Positions 50,840 to 62,481 of a DNA stretch of 64,000 nucleotides are shown here, in pieces. The stretch's first letter is position 1, and each line of letters opens with the position of its first letter. The notes under the pieces are model-generated. The model worked only from the letters and a program-made list of their open reading frames with translations. It did no database searches and was not told where the DNA came from. The position numbers were made by a program, and so were the translations under genes. Source of the DNA: Leptogorgia sarmentosa (lineage: Eukaryota); NCBI GenBank assembly GCA_964658305.1, contig OZ210884.1:248001-312000 (forward strand), written 5' to 3'.

Positions 50840-51317
50840 GAATTGGAAGGAAATTACACAACAAAGACAAAATTCTGGAGAAGTGAATAGATGCAACAAA
50901 AAATTTGAAACAAATTCATGGAGATGCAAGTCCTAGGTAGATTTAAACTGGGGTACTTGCAGTGTGAGACGCATGTATTAAACAGTGCACTACAAGAAAT
51001 GTATAGCGTCCCAAAAATTTAACCCTCTCAAACACTAACAAGATAATGCAAAAACAACATAAACACAGTATTTCCGATGACCATTGAAAATTCATAGTGG
51101 TATTAAAATCGTTCGATTTTAACTGCGATTGATTGAAAAAATTACAATAAAATAATGTGTGCCTCCGTCACGTATATTGATTTTGCTGATTTTTAAACAT
51201 GTTTAAAGTGTAACTATTTCCTAGAACTTACTCTGATTTATTATTTGAAAGTGTTTGGTGAAAATGTTCGGAATCTTGTGGAATAAGAACATGATAACGA
51301 AAGAATTGGGCAACTTT

Positions 51318-51843
51318 GCGTTGGTGGTTCAGTGGTAGAATTCTCGCCTGCCACGCGGGAGACCGGGGTTCGATTCCCCGTCAATAAATAATTATTGGAT
51401 GAGGCTGAGCATGATGTCAAGAATAATTCAGACCGAGGTCAATGTTATCAGCCGAAGCGAAGCTGAGGAGGATAATAATGACCGAGGTCTGAATAATTCT
51501 TGACATCATGCGAAAGCCGAATCCAATAATTGTTTTTTATTATACATTTAAAAGAGAGTTCACTGACATTTAGCGAAGCAAATCTGCTGCAACCCATTGT
51601 TTGTTTGTTTGTTTGTTTGTTTTCTCGCGCGCTTTTAGCTTCAAGCTTTTGCCGGCGCTAGGGCTTGGGCACGAGAGAGTCCAATAATATTTTTTTTCGA
51701 TGCAACTTCGATCCAAAAAAATAATTATTGGACGCTGATGACGTCATCGGCGGAAAATACCTAATAAATACCGAATACTGAGAATTTGCCGATGCTTTCT
51801 GACCAATCAGGAACGAGAATAACTTTTAATGTATAATAACGCA
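51318..51843 (+). pseudogene. tRNA-Gly(GCC) split by an insertion in the 3' acceptor strand
   Basis: Gene runs 51318-~51384 and resumes as AACGCA at ~51838-51843. Confidence 0.85.
51385..51838. mobile_element. ~450-bp element with a long subterminal hairpin
   Basis: Arms CATGATGTCAAGAATAATTCAGACC / GGTCTGAATAATTCTTGACATCATG around GCGAAGC; junction remnant at ~15143-15190. Confidence 0.78.
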
Positions 51844-51908
51844 GATTATTGCAAATGTTCGGCATCTTGGGGAATATTAACATTATAACGAAAGAATTGG
51901 GCAACTTT

Positions 51909-51979
51909 GCGTTGGTGGTTCAGTGGTAGAATTCTCGCCTGCCACGCGGGAGACCGGGGTTCGATTCCCCGCTAACGCA
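51909..51979 (+). tRNA. tRNA-Gly(GCC)
   Basis: Intact; another copy at 54972-55042(-). Confidence 0.94.
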
Positions 51980-52063
51980 TATTATTTTCATTTTGTTGCA
52001 TTTCAACTGCAAAACGAGAAAGAAACTGGGTTTCTAACACAGGAATGGTCAACAAGTTATCAC

Positions 52064-52135
52064 TCCCATGTGGTCTAGTGGTTAGGATCTGGCGTTTTCA
52101 CCGCCATGCCCCGGGTTCGATTCCCGGCGTGGGAA
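52064..52135 (+). tRNA. tRNA-Glu(TTC)
   Basis: Intact; copies at 14983-15054 and 58362-58434. Confidence 0.92.
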
Positions 52136-52221
52136 CTTTTACTGAAAATTTCAATTTGAAGCAGCTTGTGTTCCCATTCTCAAACTCCTTCTCTGAAACC
52201 AAACCATTTTAACAGCGCTAC

Positions 52222-52294
52222 GACCATGTGGCGCAATTGGTAGCGCGTCTGACTCCTGATCAGAAGGTTAAGTGTTCAATTCACTTCAAGGTCA
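52222..52294 (+). tRNA. tRNA-Trp body carrying a CCT (Arg) anticodon
   Basis: Loop CTCCTGA versus CTCCAGA in the mirror copy; one acceptor A:A mismatch. Confidence 0.8.
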
Positions 52295-52745
52295 AGCACT
52301 TCTGGCCACGCTGTCTATCGAATTTCTTTTCGAAATTCAAATTAAAAATATTATCGTTATTTTCACATTCCGAGAAAAGATAAATGTTTCTCCCATGTAG
52401 TCCACTGGTCACGATCTCGTGCTCTCACCGCGAAGGCCTGGCTTCGATTCCCGCGGCATGGGAATAGGGAATTAGTGTTAGGTGATATAGAGTTAACGTA
52501 CTATGACATCAAAATTTTATTATTAACGGAATTTTCTCTTTAAAATGTTTTTTTGACGACAGTTTTCAGCGAGCTCGAAATTAGCTCAGGAGGTTAGGCA
52601 CGCGGTGCTTGCGTTGCTGTTTTACAGTTCAAGCCCCGGTGCGACTCTTTTCTTTCGATTTCAGGTTAAAACTTTTTTTTCCTCAATATTTTGCCGACCT
52701 CTATGGTCAGGGTTATTATTTAGGGTTTGGGTTGGGATCTTAGTC

Positions 52746-53663
52746 TATTTAACATTTAGATTACGAGCTCGAGATTTCTGTGAGGTGATAGTTGATGAGG
52801 GCGAAGCCCGAATCAACTATCATCTTGTAGAAATCGAGAGCGAGTAATCTAATTGTTTTAGTAGAATCAGAGATCAAACATGAAAATATTGCAAAAAATA
52901 ATTTAAAAACGGGTCGCAAAAGACATTTTCTTGAACGAAAATTCACATATTTTGCTACTCGCTATCTATCGAGGATTATTATATAGACAAGCACTATATA
53001 TGAGATATTCTGTAATCTGATTGGCTGAGCTACTCACTAGCTATTACTTCATATATAGTGAGTAGGACGAATTAATTATCTCACTCAAGTGAGCTTAAAA
53101 CAAAATGGCTGAAAATGGCTGAGCGTTTCCCTCAAATGAATAATTTTAATAAATTTTATAATGTTCGTCTTTTGTCTATATAATAAAACAATTATACCAT
53201 TCGCTCTCGTCGTATATGGCTGATAGCCAACTCATATACGACTCGAGCTCATGGTATAATTGTTAAATAGATAGCGAGTGGAGTAGCCAATCAAATTGCA
53301 GCATTTGCAATAGTATACGAGTATGATTCTACTAAATAATATTAGTATTATTTATTAGTATAGATTATTAGAATCATACTCGTATACTATTGCAAATGCT
53401 GCAATTTGATTGGCTACTCTACTCGCTATCTATTCCTCGATAGATAGCGAGTAGCAAAATATGTGAATTTTCGTTCAAGAAAATGTCTTCTGAGACGCGG
53501 TTTTAAATTATTTTTTGCAATATTTTCATGTTTGATCTCTGATTCTACTAAAACAATTAGATTACTCGCTCTCGCTTTCTACGAGATGATAGTTGATTTG
53601 GGCTTCGCCCTCATCAACTATCACCTCATAGAAATCTCGAGCTCGTAATCTAATTGTTAAATA
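52746..53663. mobile_element. two head-to-head copies of a ~300-bp hairpin element, the left copy interrupted by a second element (~52975-53267)
   Basis: 52746-52972 plus 53268-53331 is the reverse complement of 53369-53663; absent from the mirror MITE at ~14335-14375. Confidence 0.85.
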
Positions 53664-54384
53664 GACGGTTATATTAAATTCATGACGTCATGGAACGTTA
53701 ACTCTATATGATCTAACGCTCACCTAGGAATAGCACTCGCGAGAGAAGGACAAATTATGCAATTCGATAAATTAACAAAACCATTGCTATTATACTCAGT
53801 GGCGGAAATTCAGTTGGGGCGAAGGGGCGACCGCCCCCACCTTCCGTAAAATCGGCAATTTGTGAATTTGTCAAAAATTTTCGGTTCTGTCGGAATTTTG
53901 AAAGTAATTGAATATGCAGAAATTAGTAGAAAAAGTGACTGGAGCGTATTATATCCCTATTCCCTAATCGATCTTTGAAGACCGGTAAATGAGAAAATTT
54001 GTGGAATTTTGTGGAAAATAAAGGGATTTTCTGAAATAAAGGAATAAAGAAATAAAGGAAGAGCAGAAGAGAGAACCTATTTGTCTAATTGTCTGATATG
54101 TTGTGTTTGTAAATTCATTTTGGCCATTTCCGCGCTTGTCCATGTTTATCAAAAAAGAAAAAAGTATGAACAATCAAAACAAATTTGTCGGAAATTCGCA
54201 AATCAAAAAGTTAGTTTTGAGAATGCGAAATATAATTTTAAAGTGGAACTGAGAGTACCGCTTACTAGCTTGAAATATATTCGATATTATAAATCAATCA
54301 AAGAATAAATGGTAACGTTTTACAAAGAATGAAAACAAGTATCAGTGCAGGATGGGAAAGTAATATACAACAAGCTTTCAAGCT

Positions 54385-54457
54385 GCCTCGTTAGCTCGGG
54401 GGTTAGAACACTGGTTTCGTAAACCAGGGGTCCAGAGTTCAATTCTCTGATGAGGCT
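54385..54457 (+). tRNA. tRNA-Thr(CGT), D-arm mismatch
   Basis: Loop TTCGTAA. Confidence 0.82.
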
Positions 54458-54674
54458 GTGTCAATAAGTATCCATCGTGAATAAGAATTCATCCATTTCC
54501 TTTTTCTAATTGGTTACAAGGTATGCAGTTAACTCTCCAGATTGTATAAGTGTGATCTGAAACAAAATTTTTGAAGTGAGTTTGTTGCATGAAAACACGT
54601 GATAATACGGGAAATTAAATTTAAATTAACTTCGTAATTGAATTTATATTCTAAGTTTCAATGGGGAAGAAGTT

Positions 54675-54762
54675 GCCTCTTTTCTCAGGGTTTAGAGCAC
54701 TGGTTTAGTAAAACAGCTAGCTAGGAAACCTGGGGTCCAGAGTCCAAATCTCTGATGAGGCT
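54675..54762 (+). pseudogene. intron-containing tRNA-Thr(AGT), degenerate
   Basis: TTAGTA[AAACAGCTAGCTAGGA]A; intron has a 4-nt duplication. Confidence 0.75.
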
Positions 54763-57047
54763 TTGTGAACCTATGCAGTTAACTCTCGAGATTGTATGAG
54801 AAGTGTGACCCGAAACAAAATTTTTCGAGTGAATTTATTTCATGAAAAACACGTGATAATACGGGAATTGGTCCCGGCCCATGGCGGTGAAAACGCCAGA
54901 TCCTAACCACTAGACCATATGGGATTAATATAACTTGTTCACTATTCCTGTGCTTCAAAGCCAGTTTAATCTGCGTTGGCGGGGAATCGAACCCTGGTCT
55001 CCCGCGTGGCAGGCGAGAATTCCACCACTGAACCACCAACGCAAAGTTGCCCAATTCTTTCGTTATAATTTTCATATTCCACAAGATGCCGAACATTTTC
55101 ACCAAACACCTTCAAATAATACATCAGAGTTAGTTCAAGGAAATTGTTACACTTTAAATATGATCAGCAAAATCAATTTTTTTTTTTGAAAAGCAAGATC
55201 ATGTCAACAAAGACTTAAATACAGAAAACACCAAAAGAATGGGTAAGAGGGATAAAGCTAGTATAATAGCAATAGTTTTGTTAATATCTCGAATTCCATA
55301 TTTTTTTCCTTCTGTCGCAAATATTATTCCCATGCAGGGAATCGAATCCGTCAACCCGGGCCTTGGGGGTGAGAGCGCCAGATCCTGACCACTGGACAAC
55401 ATGGGAGAAACATTTATCTTTTCTTGGAATGTGAAAATAACGATAATATTTTTAATTTGAAATTGGAAGAAATTTTCGAGAGACAGCGTGGCCAGAAGGC
55501 AGAAAAATTTTTTGTGATCACTTTCTTTAGGATACCTAATAACCGCACGTACTTTATATGTTGTATTGCAAAATCTATTCATATAAAAGGTTTTTACCGA
55601 TAATTTTGTCGAGCTTCGTTGGCTCAGAGTTTCTGGTCCCAACTCGTGAGCAGCGACCCCGCAGGTTCGATTCTTGCGTTTTGGTTTTTTGTAATTTTGT
55701 TTATTTTTTGTCATTTTGTTTGTTTCCTTTCAATCTTTTTTTCTCAACATCTTGTTGTTAGGGTTAGAATTAGTGTTTGGGCCTGGATTAGAAAAGCAAA
55801 AGAAAAAAGAAATATATGTTATTTACCAGCTGGGAGGTCCGTACTGGAAGAGGGACGTTTTTGAGACCGAGACAAAATATTTTCCAGTACGGACCGACCT
55901 AAATGGTAAATAACTTTTCTTCTTTTTTTTTCCCCTCGATGTTATGATAAAATTCGTCAAAAATTCCAGTGTTGCGAACTAGATTTTGAGATCAGTTTGT
56001 TTGTTTACTTTGCTACTCTATCGCAAGTATGGCGGCTAAACAGCAAAGACGAAGTGAGAAAAAACCCTTCAATATTGACGCATTTGCTTCAATATTGACG
56101 CTTTTCCACTCAACATTACCACGAAAAAGGTAAGCTTTTTAAAATTATTTATTTTCCCGTTCGTTTCACGATACAAACATGGTTAAAATACGCTTTAGAG
56201 ACCGAAATATTTCGCCGAGAATGTTTTGTTTTGTTCATACTGATGAGACTTTGTTGATACTTATGAGTTTTTGTCGCTGTAAATACCCCCTAAAATACCC
56301 CTTAGCATAATAAAATGAACTTTCATGTGTTCTTCATCGCCTAAATTCGTTTGGAATATTTTAATAAACAGCCATTCAATTTTAAAAAACAAAAACATTG
56401 GCTATATTTGTATTAAATCTACGAGAATGCGTGCAAGCGGTCCGTACCGTAGGATACGGACCGCTCGGCAACCAATCAGAAAGCTCTATTTAGGTTACGG
56501 ACCGGGAGTTACGGACCGGAAAAAATTAAAAGACAATATTTTCTGTATAATGCAATATAAATTGAAATGCAACATAATGAAAATATTCTGAGTGAGCGGG
56601 GAGTAAAATTATAAAAGAGCGAAGAATGATCAAGAATTTAGAATACAATGCAAAAACTCTGTCCATAATCAAATAGTTGGTAGCTATCAAATAGTTTCGA
56701 CCAAAAGAGGATGATATCAGAAAAAATCATTTTTACTCTTTCTTTTTTCCTGGATAAAATTACGAGTCTTAACAAAATTTGGATAAGAAGCATCACGTTT
56801 TGAAACTTATGTCAGCTCAATAAACCACAACGTCCCTGAACAATGAAAATTTTGCAGCGGTGGGATTCGAAATCACAGGTGCCAAAAAGCAGTGCCTTAG
56901 GCGACTCGGTCACGCCACCTTAACCTTAAACATGTCAAGTATATGATTTCCCTCTACTAAATATCCACACCTTTTGAAGAGATGCCTTTGGGTGTGAAAG
57001 AAAGAATATTTTTAAAAAATGAGGAAACAATGGCTCGGTCGTGTTAA

Positions 57048-57119
57048 GGTTCTGTGGTGTAATGGTTAGCACTTTGGACTCTGAATCCAGCGATCCGAGT
57101 TCAAGTCTCGGCAGAACCT
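57048..57119 (+). tRNA. tRNA-Gln(CTG)
   Basis: Intact. Confidence 0.95.
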
Positions 57120-57799
57120 ATATTGGACAGGAGATTTAAAGGTTATTTGAAGGTCACCAAATTTATTACCTTTCTCTTCCACCATTCATTTTCCAAATTC
57201 GGAGTTAATTGACAGAAATTGATCCAAGAAAAAAAATGAAAGCGAAAGCGAACTAGTTATTTTAATTACAAAAGGGATACTCTGCCAAAAGCTCTTTTAA
57301 CCAATAAAGTTGTAAAGAAGTGAAAATCAAGAATTTAAAAACCAATGGAAACACTCTTTCAACGATCAAATGGTTTTTGCCATTATTCAAGGTTTCGAAG
57401 GTTTTCCAGGCTATCGCGAATATAGTTTTACTGTCCTGGAATTAGATCTTTATTAATCGTGTCAACACGCAAACGAGAGGAAAATTAGAAAATATTCATG
57501 TTACATACTTTCTTCCCTTGCGGGTTAAATTATGAACGAATAGTGAATCGTTGATAAACGAATACAGCCATGAACAACGAAAATTTGGCAGCGGTGGGAT
57601 TCGAACCCACGTCATCGAAATTACTGGTGCCTGAAACCAGCGCCTTAGACCACAGCTCCACCACGCTACCTGTGACGTGTTGGATACATGATTCGTGTTC
57701 AGTAAAATAACCACGTCCGCCATTGAAGAGTGTTCCTTTTGCTGTGAAAGAAAGGAAGAAACGTTAAACATTTGGGAAACTTTGTCAAGATTGTGCTAA

Positions 57800-57871
57800 G
57801 ATTCTGTGGTGTAATGGTTAGCACTTTGGACTTTGAATCCAGCGATCCGAGTTCAAGTCTCGGCAGAACCT
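57800..57871 (+). tRNA. tRNA-Gln(TTG)
   Basis: Full-length, loop CTTTGAA; G2A change. Confidence 0.85.
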
Positions 57872-59297
57872 ATTTTGACATTTGAATATTTTAAAATGCT
57901 GCGAATTTTATTACCTTTCTCTTCCGCCTTCCTTTTTTTTATCCAGAGTTAATTGAAACAAATTGATCCACTGAGAACGAAATTAATGCGAAGGGAAGCT
58001 TGTAGAATTAATTCCTAAAGGGATATTCTGTTATAACCTCATTTTCCCAATAAAATGATAAAGATCAAGAATTTATAAACCCATGCAAAAACTCAACCAC
58101 AATCAAATAGTTTGCGGTTATCAAATAATTTTCATAAGTGACAGTCATATCAGAAAATATTAATTTTATTTTCCTGGATAAAATTATTAGATAATGTCTG
58201 TGTTACAAATCTACGTTTTTCTCGTGTTGCATTTGAAATTTAAACTCGTCAGAATGATAATATTCATTAGATTAGATTCGTTAGCAGGGAATCTAATCCC
58301 AGCCTCGGGCGAATTTGAATATGCGAGGACAAACTGTTCCAAATAGAAATTGTGAGAGAAAATTCTCACGCCGGGAATCGAACCCGGGCCATGGCGGTGA
58401 AAACGCCAGATCCTAACCACTGGACCACATGGGAGTTACAATTTCAAGATCATGTCTGTGTTACGAACCCACATTTTTTCTCGAGTTGCAATTGAAATGC
58501 AACAAAATGAAAACATTCTGCGTTTCCTATGAATCAAGCCCCGGTCTCAAGGGTGGCAGGTGAGAATTCTACCACTGAACCACCAACGCAAAGTAGATGC
58601 CCTTGTCTGGAGGTAAAATGTGGCTTCAGGCAAATTCAGGCATGTTAAGTTCCTGCACAGGTAGGTAGCATTCTATATATTTTAGTTCAAGTTTCATATC
58701 TTTCCACCATTTCACTACGTTTGGAAAAAAAATAAGTATTGCTAATAGAATGGTTTCGAGTGGAATTTGGAATTAACTTGCACGAGTGAGTTTTGCAAAG
58801 ACCTCAAAATAGAAAGTTTCTATTGTTCAGAGTGTAGCGCTGAGAATGTGTAGCTCAGTTGAAGATGGATGTGAATGTTCATAACAACGTGAAACCGGTT
58901 GGTTGTAGCAACGTAGGCGTGGCTGAGCGGTTAAGGCGACAGACTAGAAATCTGTTGGGAGTTTCCCGCGCAAGTTAAAATCCTGCCGACTGCGTTAGGC
59001 AAAGTCTTTAAATTTTGGCCTCGAAGGTAAACATGAATTGTTTTGGGGAAAAACTCGATGACAGGAAGTTGTGTTCTCGGTGGTGGTGGCTGAGTGTTTA
59101 AAGTGACAGATTCAATGCCCAAGTTTTCCATCTACAAAATCGACGGAAAGAACTCGCGCTTTTTATTGCATTAAGGTTATGAAACATGCTAAGAAAGGTT
59201 TTGTATTTGAATGTAAAATTGAAAGAACAGAGGTCCGTGAATTGATTATAGCTGCGTTTGAAAGTATATGTATGTAATTAACCTGGTAGACTACACA

Positions 59298-59369
59298 GGG
59301 AGTGTAGCTCAGTGGTAGAGCATTCGACTGCAGATCGAGAGGTCGGTGGTTCAAATCCGCCCGCTCCTT
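59298..59369 (+). tRNA. tRNA-Cys(GCA)
   Basis: Intact. Confidence 0.94.
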
Positions 59370-59665
59370 CTTATCATACCTATAAACTGGAAATCTTTCA
59401 AATTCCTCAAAGCGGGCTAATGGGAAATATGTCACCCAAAGGTTACGATGTATATACTACGATTCGTGTTAAATATTCCACTATCATAGTCTCGGCATCT
59501 GTGTCAAACAGCCACAAGTATTGTATTCACCATTACGAGCATCGTCACCGTTGAAGTTCTGTTTATTATTGTCGTTGGATTAGCCTTGGCAAAAAATGAG
59601 ATTTTTGACCAAAAATAATATCCATTATTTTTATATTTCTTTTCGGAAGGTTTTCAATGGAGTCG

Positions 59666-59671
59666 GTCTCT

Positions 59672-59707
<36 letters not shown>

Positions 59708-59739
59708 GAAGGTTGTTGGTTCGATTCCAACCAGGGACG
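59666..59739 (+). tRNA. tRNA-Asn(GTT)
   Basis: Intact. Confidence 0.93.
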
Positions 59740-60253
59740 TGTTGGGCGTGTTCAGACGTCGTGACGGTAAATGTAACCGAATTTTTTTGCGCGAGGTTTT
59801 TCAAGCATTTATGGAAGCTTTCTAAAAGAGAACATCTTACTTGGTTAATTAACTAAGGCTTGCGCGGGAATCGAACCCATGACCTCTCGCACCCAAAACG
59901 AAAATCATAATGTACTTTGTAGTGACGAAGAAAAATATGGGATTAGTACGGATATGGGATCGTGTAGTGGTTAGTACATTGCGTTGTGGCCACAATAACC
60001 TAGGTTCGAATCCTGGTCACGGCATCTGTTTCCAATAGCAGAGAGTATTGTAATTACCATTGCGAGTATTGTCACCGTTGAAGTTCTGTTTCGTATTCCC
60101 GTTCAATGTGGCGTTGGCAAAAAATCAGATTTTCGTCAAAAAATAGTATCCATTACTTTTATATTTTTTCTGACCGTATCAGCTGATACGTTCGATATGG
60201 TCCGGTTCCGCCCAGAGGCGCCGTGGCCCCGGGGGCAGCAGCCCCCTGCCTTT

Positions 60254-61739
60254 CAGGGGCGGATCCAGGATTTTTCGTACGTTAGTCAAAAATTTTGTTG
60301 TTGCTAAATATCGGCGGGGGGGGGGTGGGTGTGGGGGAGGACGTTGGAGGGTGTTAACTTTTGTTGAGATGGAGGGAGGTGGCATAAAATATGCGGGAAA
60401 TGACTGCTTGGCACAACGTAAGCATCACTAAGGAACATAACATTATAAAGTATATTCCAGCATGGACTGGTTTTTAAAGGCGCTCGCAGGCCCGTTTAAT
60501 TGAAATTCACAGAACTATGCCAGCAATTTTCGGTAACAGGTTCAATAGTATATGTAATCTATACCAGCAAATGACAAAATATAGTTATTTCTTCAATTTT
60601 ATTCATGGTATAAACATGTTAATATTGACAATAGCAACATGATCCATTTTACTCGCGCTGCATACTTGTTGTATAGAGATCGTATGACATGACTCACACG
60701 ATGACACAAAGCCATGCCACATTGTTTATATGTGAATGTGCTTTTAGTTCATACCGGCAGCATAATTTAGCAGTAATTACTGATTAATATACATATAAGT
60801 CCACATTTTACAAGACGAATAAACAAAGTATTAACAAACTAATACCGTCTGCCCTGTATTAAGAAGCCGCAGTATATTGTAGTATTGAATTATTATGTTA
60901 ATTATGTTTGTTATTGTATACGTGTATTCGCTAAATTTATCTCGATCGCGCCGTAAACCGTGATAATCCATAGAGTTTCATGCCTGCCGCGTTGTCCGTG
61001 CAAGACAAGAATGTAATATTCAATGCCAAATTTTCAGCGTTGAATAACTGTTACTGAAATATTCGACATTTAAATATTAGATACACAGTCTATGTATTCG
61101 CTCCTTGGTCCTTAGATCAGCTTCGTTACTGTACCTTAAGGCTTAAGCTACTGTCAGTCGTATTTCTTTAAAGCTGCCTTTACAGTAGCTCAAAATTGAT
61201 AAATTGTCCAATTCAATGGCTTCGAATACTTCCAACTTTACTGTATTTAAACCTTTCGTCAAGTAGCGATCAGAAGGTGCAAGAACTTCGTACTCAATTG
61301 CTGCAAAACATTGGCCTGAAGCCCGAGCCCTCATTGCTGAACGCTTGTGAACGCTCTGATCGATCAAAAACACTCAGCCAATGGGAAGGCAGAATTTTTT
61401 TGAATAAGCCAATTGAATAGCCTGTATTCGAGCCCCTGATCGCTTCAGCGATCAGAACTCCCCACAGATCGCGCAAAATTCGAAGATAGCCAATCAGATG
61501 GCTAGAATAGGCCCAAATCGCGCAAAACTCATGCGTAAGACCGCTTCTCTGCGCGTTCATGTTCGAAGGCCGAGCAACAGCAACTGGATGATATTTAAGA
61601 ACTGGACTGTCAACTTTCAATGCAATACACTGCATGAAGTTTAACAACTGGATTGCTATTGTGAATTGTGATTGCACAATTTTTACCAATTTTCACCTTA
61701 GTCGCATGATCGCTCTGATCACCCCTAGATCCGCCCCTG
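60254..61739. mobile_element. hAT-like non-autonomous element (nested)
   Basis: TIR CAGGGGCGGATCCAGG / CCTAGATCCGCCCCTG; 8-bp TSD CTGCCTTT at 60246-60253 and 61740-61747. Confidence 0.9.
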
Positions 61740-62046
61740 CTGCCTTTCGCTGACGGGGACAGCGGGGGCAGTTTTGCCCTTTGGCTATAGGAAGGAGGCG
61801 TTACTTTGGAAAATTTTAAATTATGAAATGCTATTATGTTTGTATTAATATTTTGGCATATGGTTCTTATTTTCTTCTTAAAATACTAATTTATATAAAA
61901 TATTGCCGAAAGCATAAGGTCCATGTCAGTCCATATTTCAATTATAGTTTTTATAAAGAGAGGCAGTTCTGCTTACTTGCTAATGTAAAAAAAAATTTTC
62001 CTTTATAAAGATGTTGCCCCCCCTGCCCTGGATTGCTTCCGGCGCC

Positions 62047-62481
62047 GCTAATTTTTTTTCCGTAGACAGTCGGTAGCATCCTTGATGGTCGGTAGCATCA
62101 TTTACATGTGACCGGCAGTCACAATGTCGCAGCCTAATATAAAGTTGTTTGCTTACGGTACGCTTTCGGCAAGCTGGCTGCTAGCGCTTTCGGTAAGGAG
62201 CGCAGCAAATAACAAACCGAAGCGCGGTGGGGCTGGAATCTCTTTTCGCCGGAAGACTTGTTTATTTTTTTCAAAAATTTCTAATTGAAGAGATTTTTTC
62301 TCGCTTCATAGTGTTTAGGGTTAGACTGTTATAAGGTTAGGGTCAGGTTTACCGTTTGGGTTTGGCTTATTTCGTAAAAATAAATGGAGTTTAACTACAG
62401 TCGAAAATTTCCCGAATAAAAAGTCGATGATGCTACCGACCATCAAGGATGCTACCGACTGTCTACGGAAAAAAAATTTGC
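62047..62481. mobile_element. 9-bp-TSD MITE related to the 25974/33536 family
   Basis: ~55-bp TIR GC(T/A)AATTTTTTTTCCGTAGACAGTCGGTAGCATCC; TSD TCCGGCGCC at 62038-62046 and 62482-62490. Confidence 0.92.

Larger units (their letters stand above)
35460..57485 (-). repeat. right arm of giant degenerate inverted duplication
   Basis: Reverse-complement blocks of 10026-31450. Confidence 0.88.

Noticed and set aside
61143..61689. Transposase ORFs within the nested hAT-like element
   Set aside because: No recognisable BED finger, DDE or dimerisation motifs.
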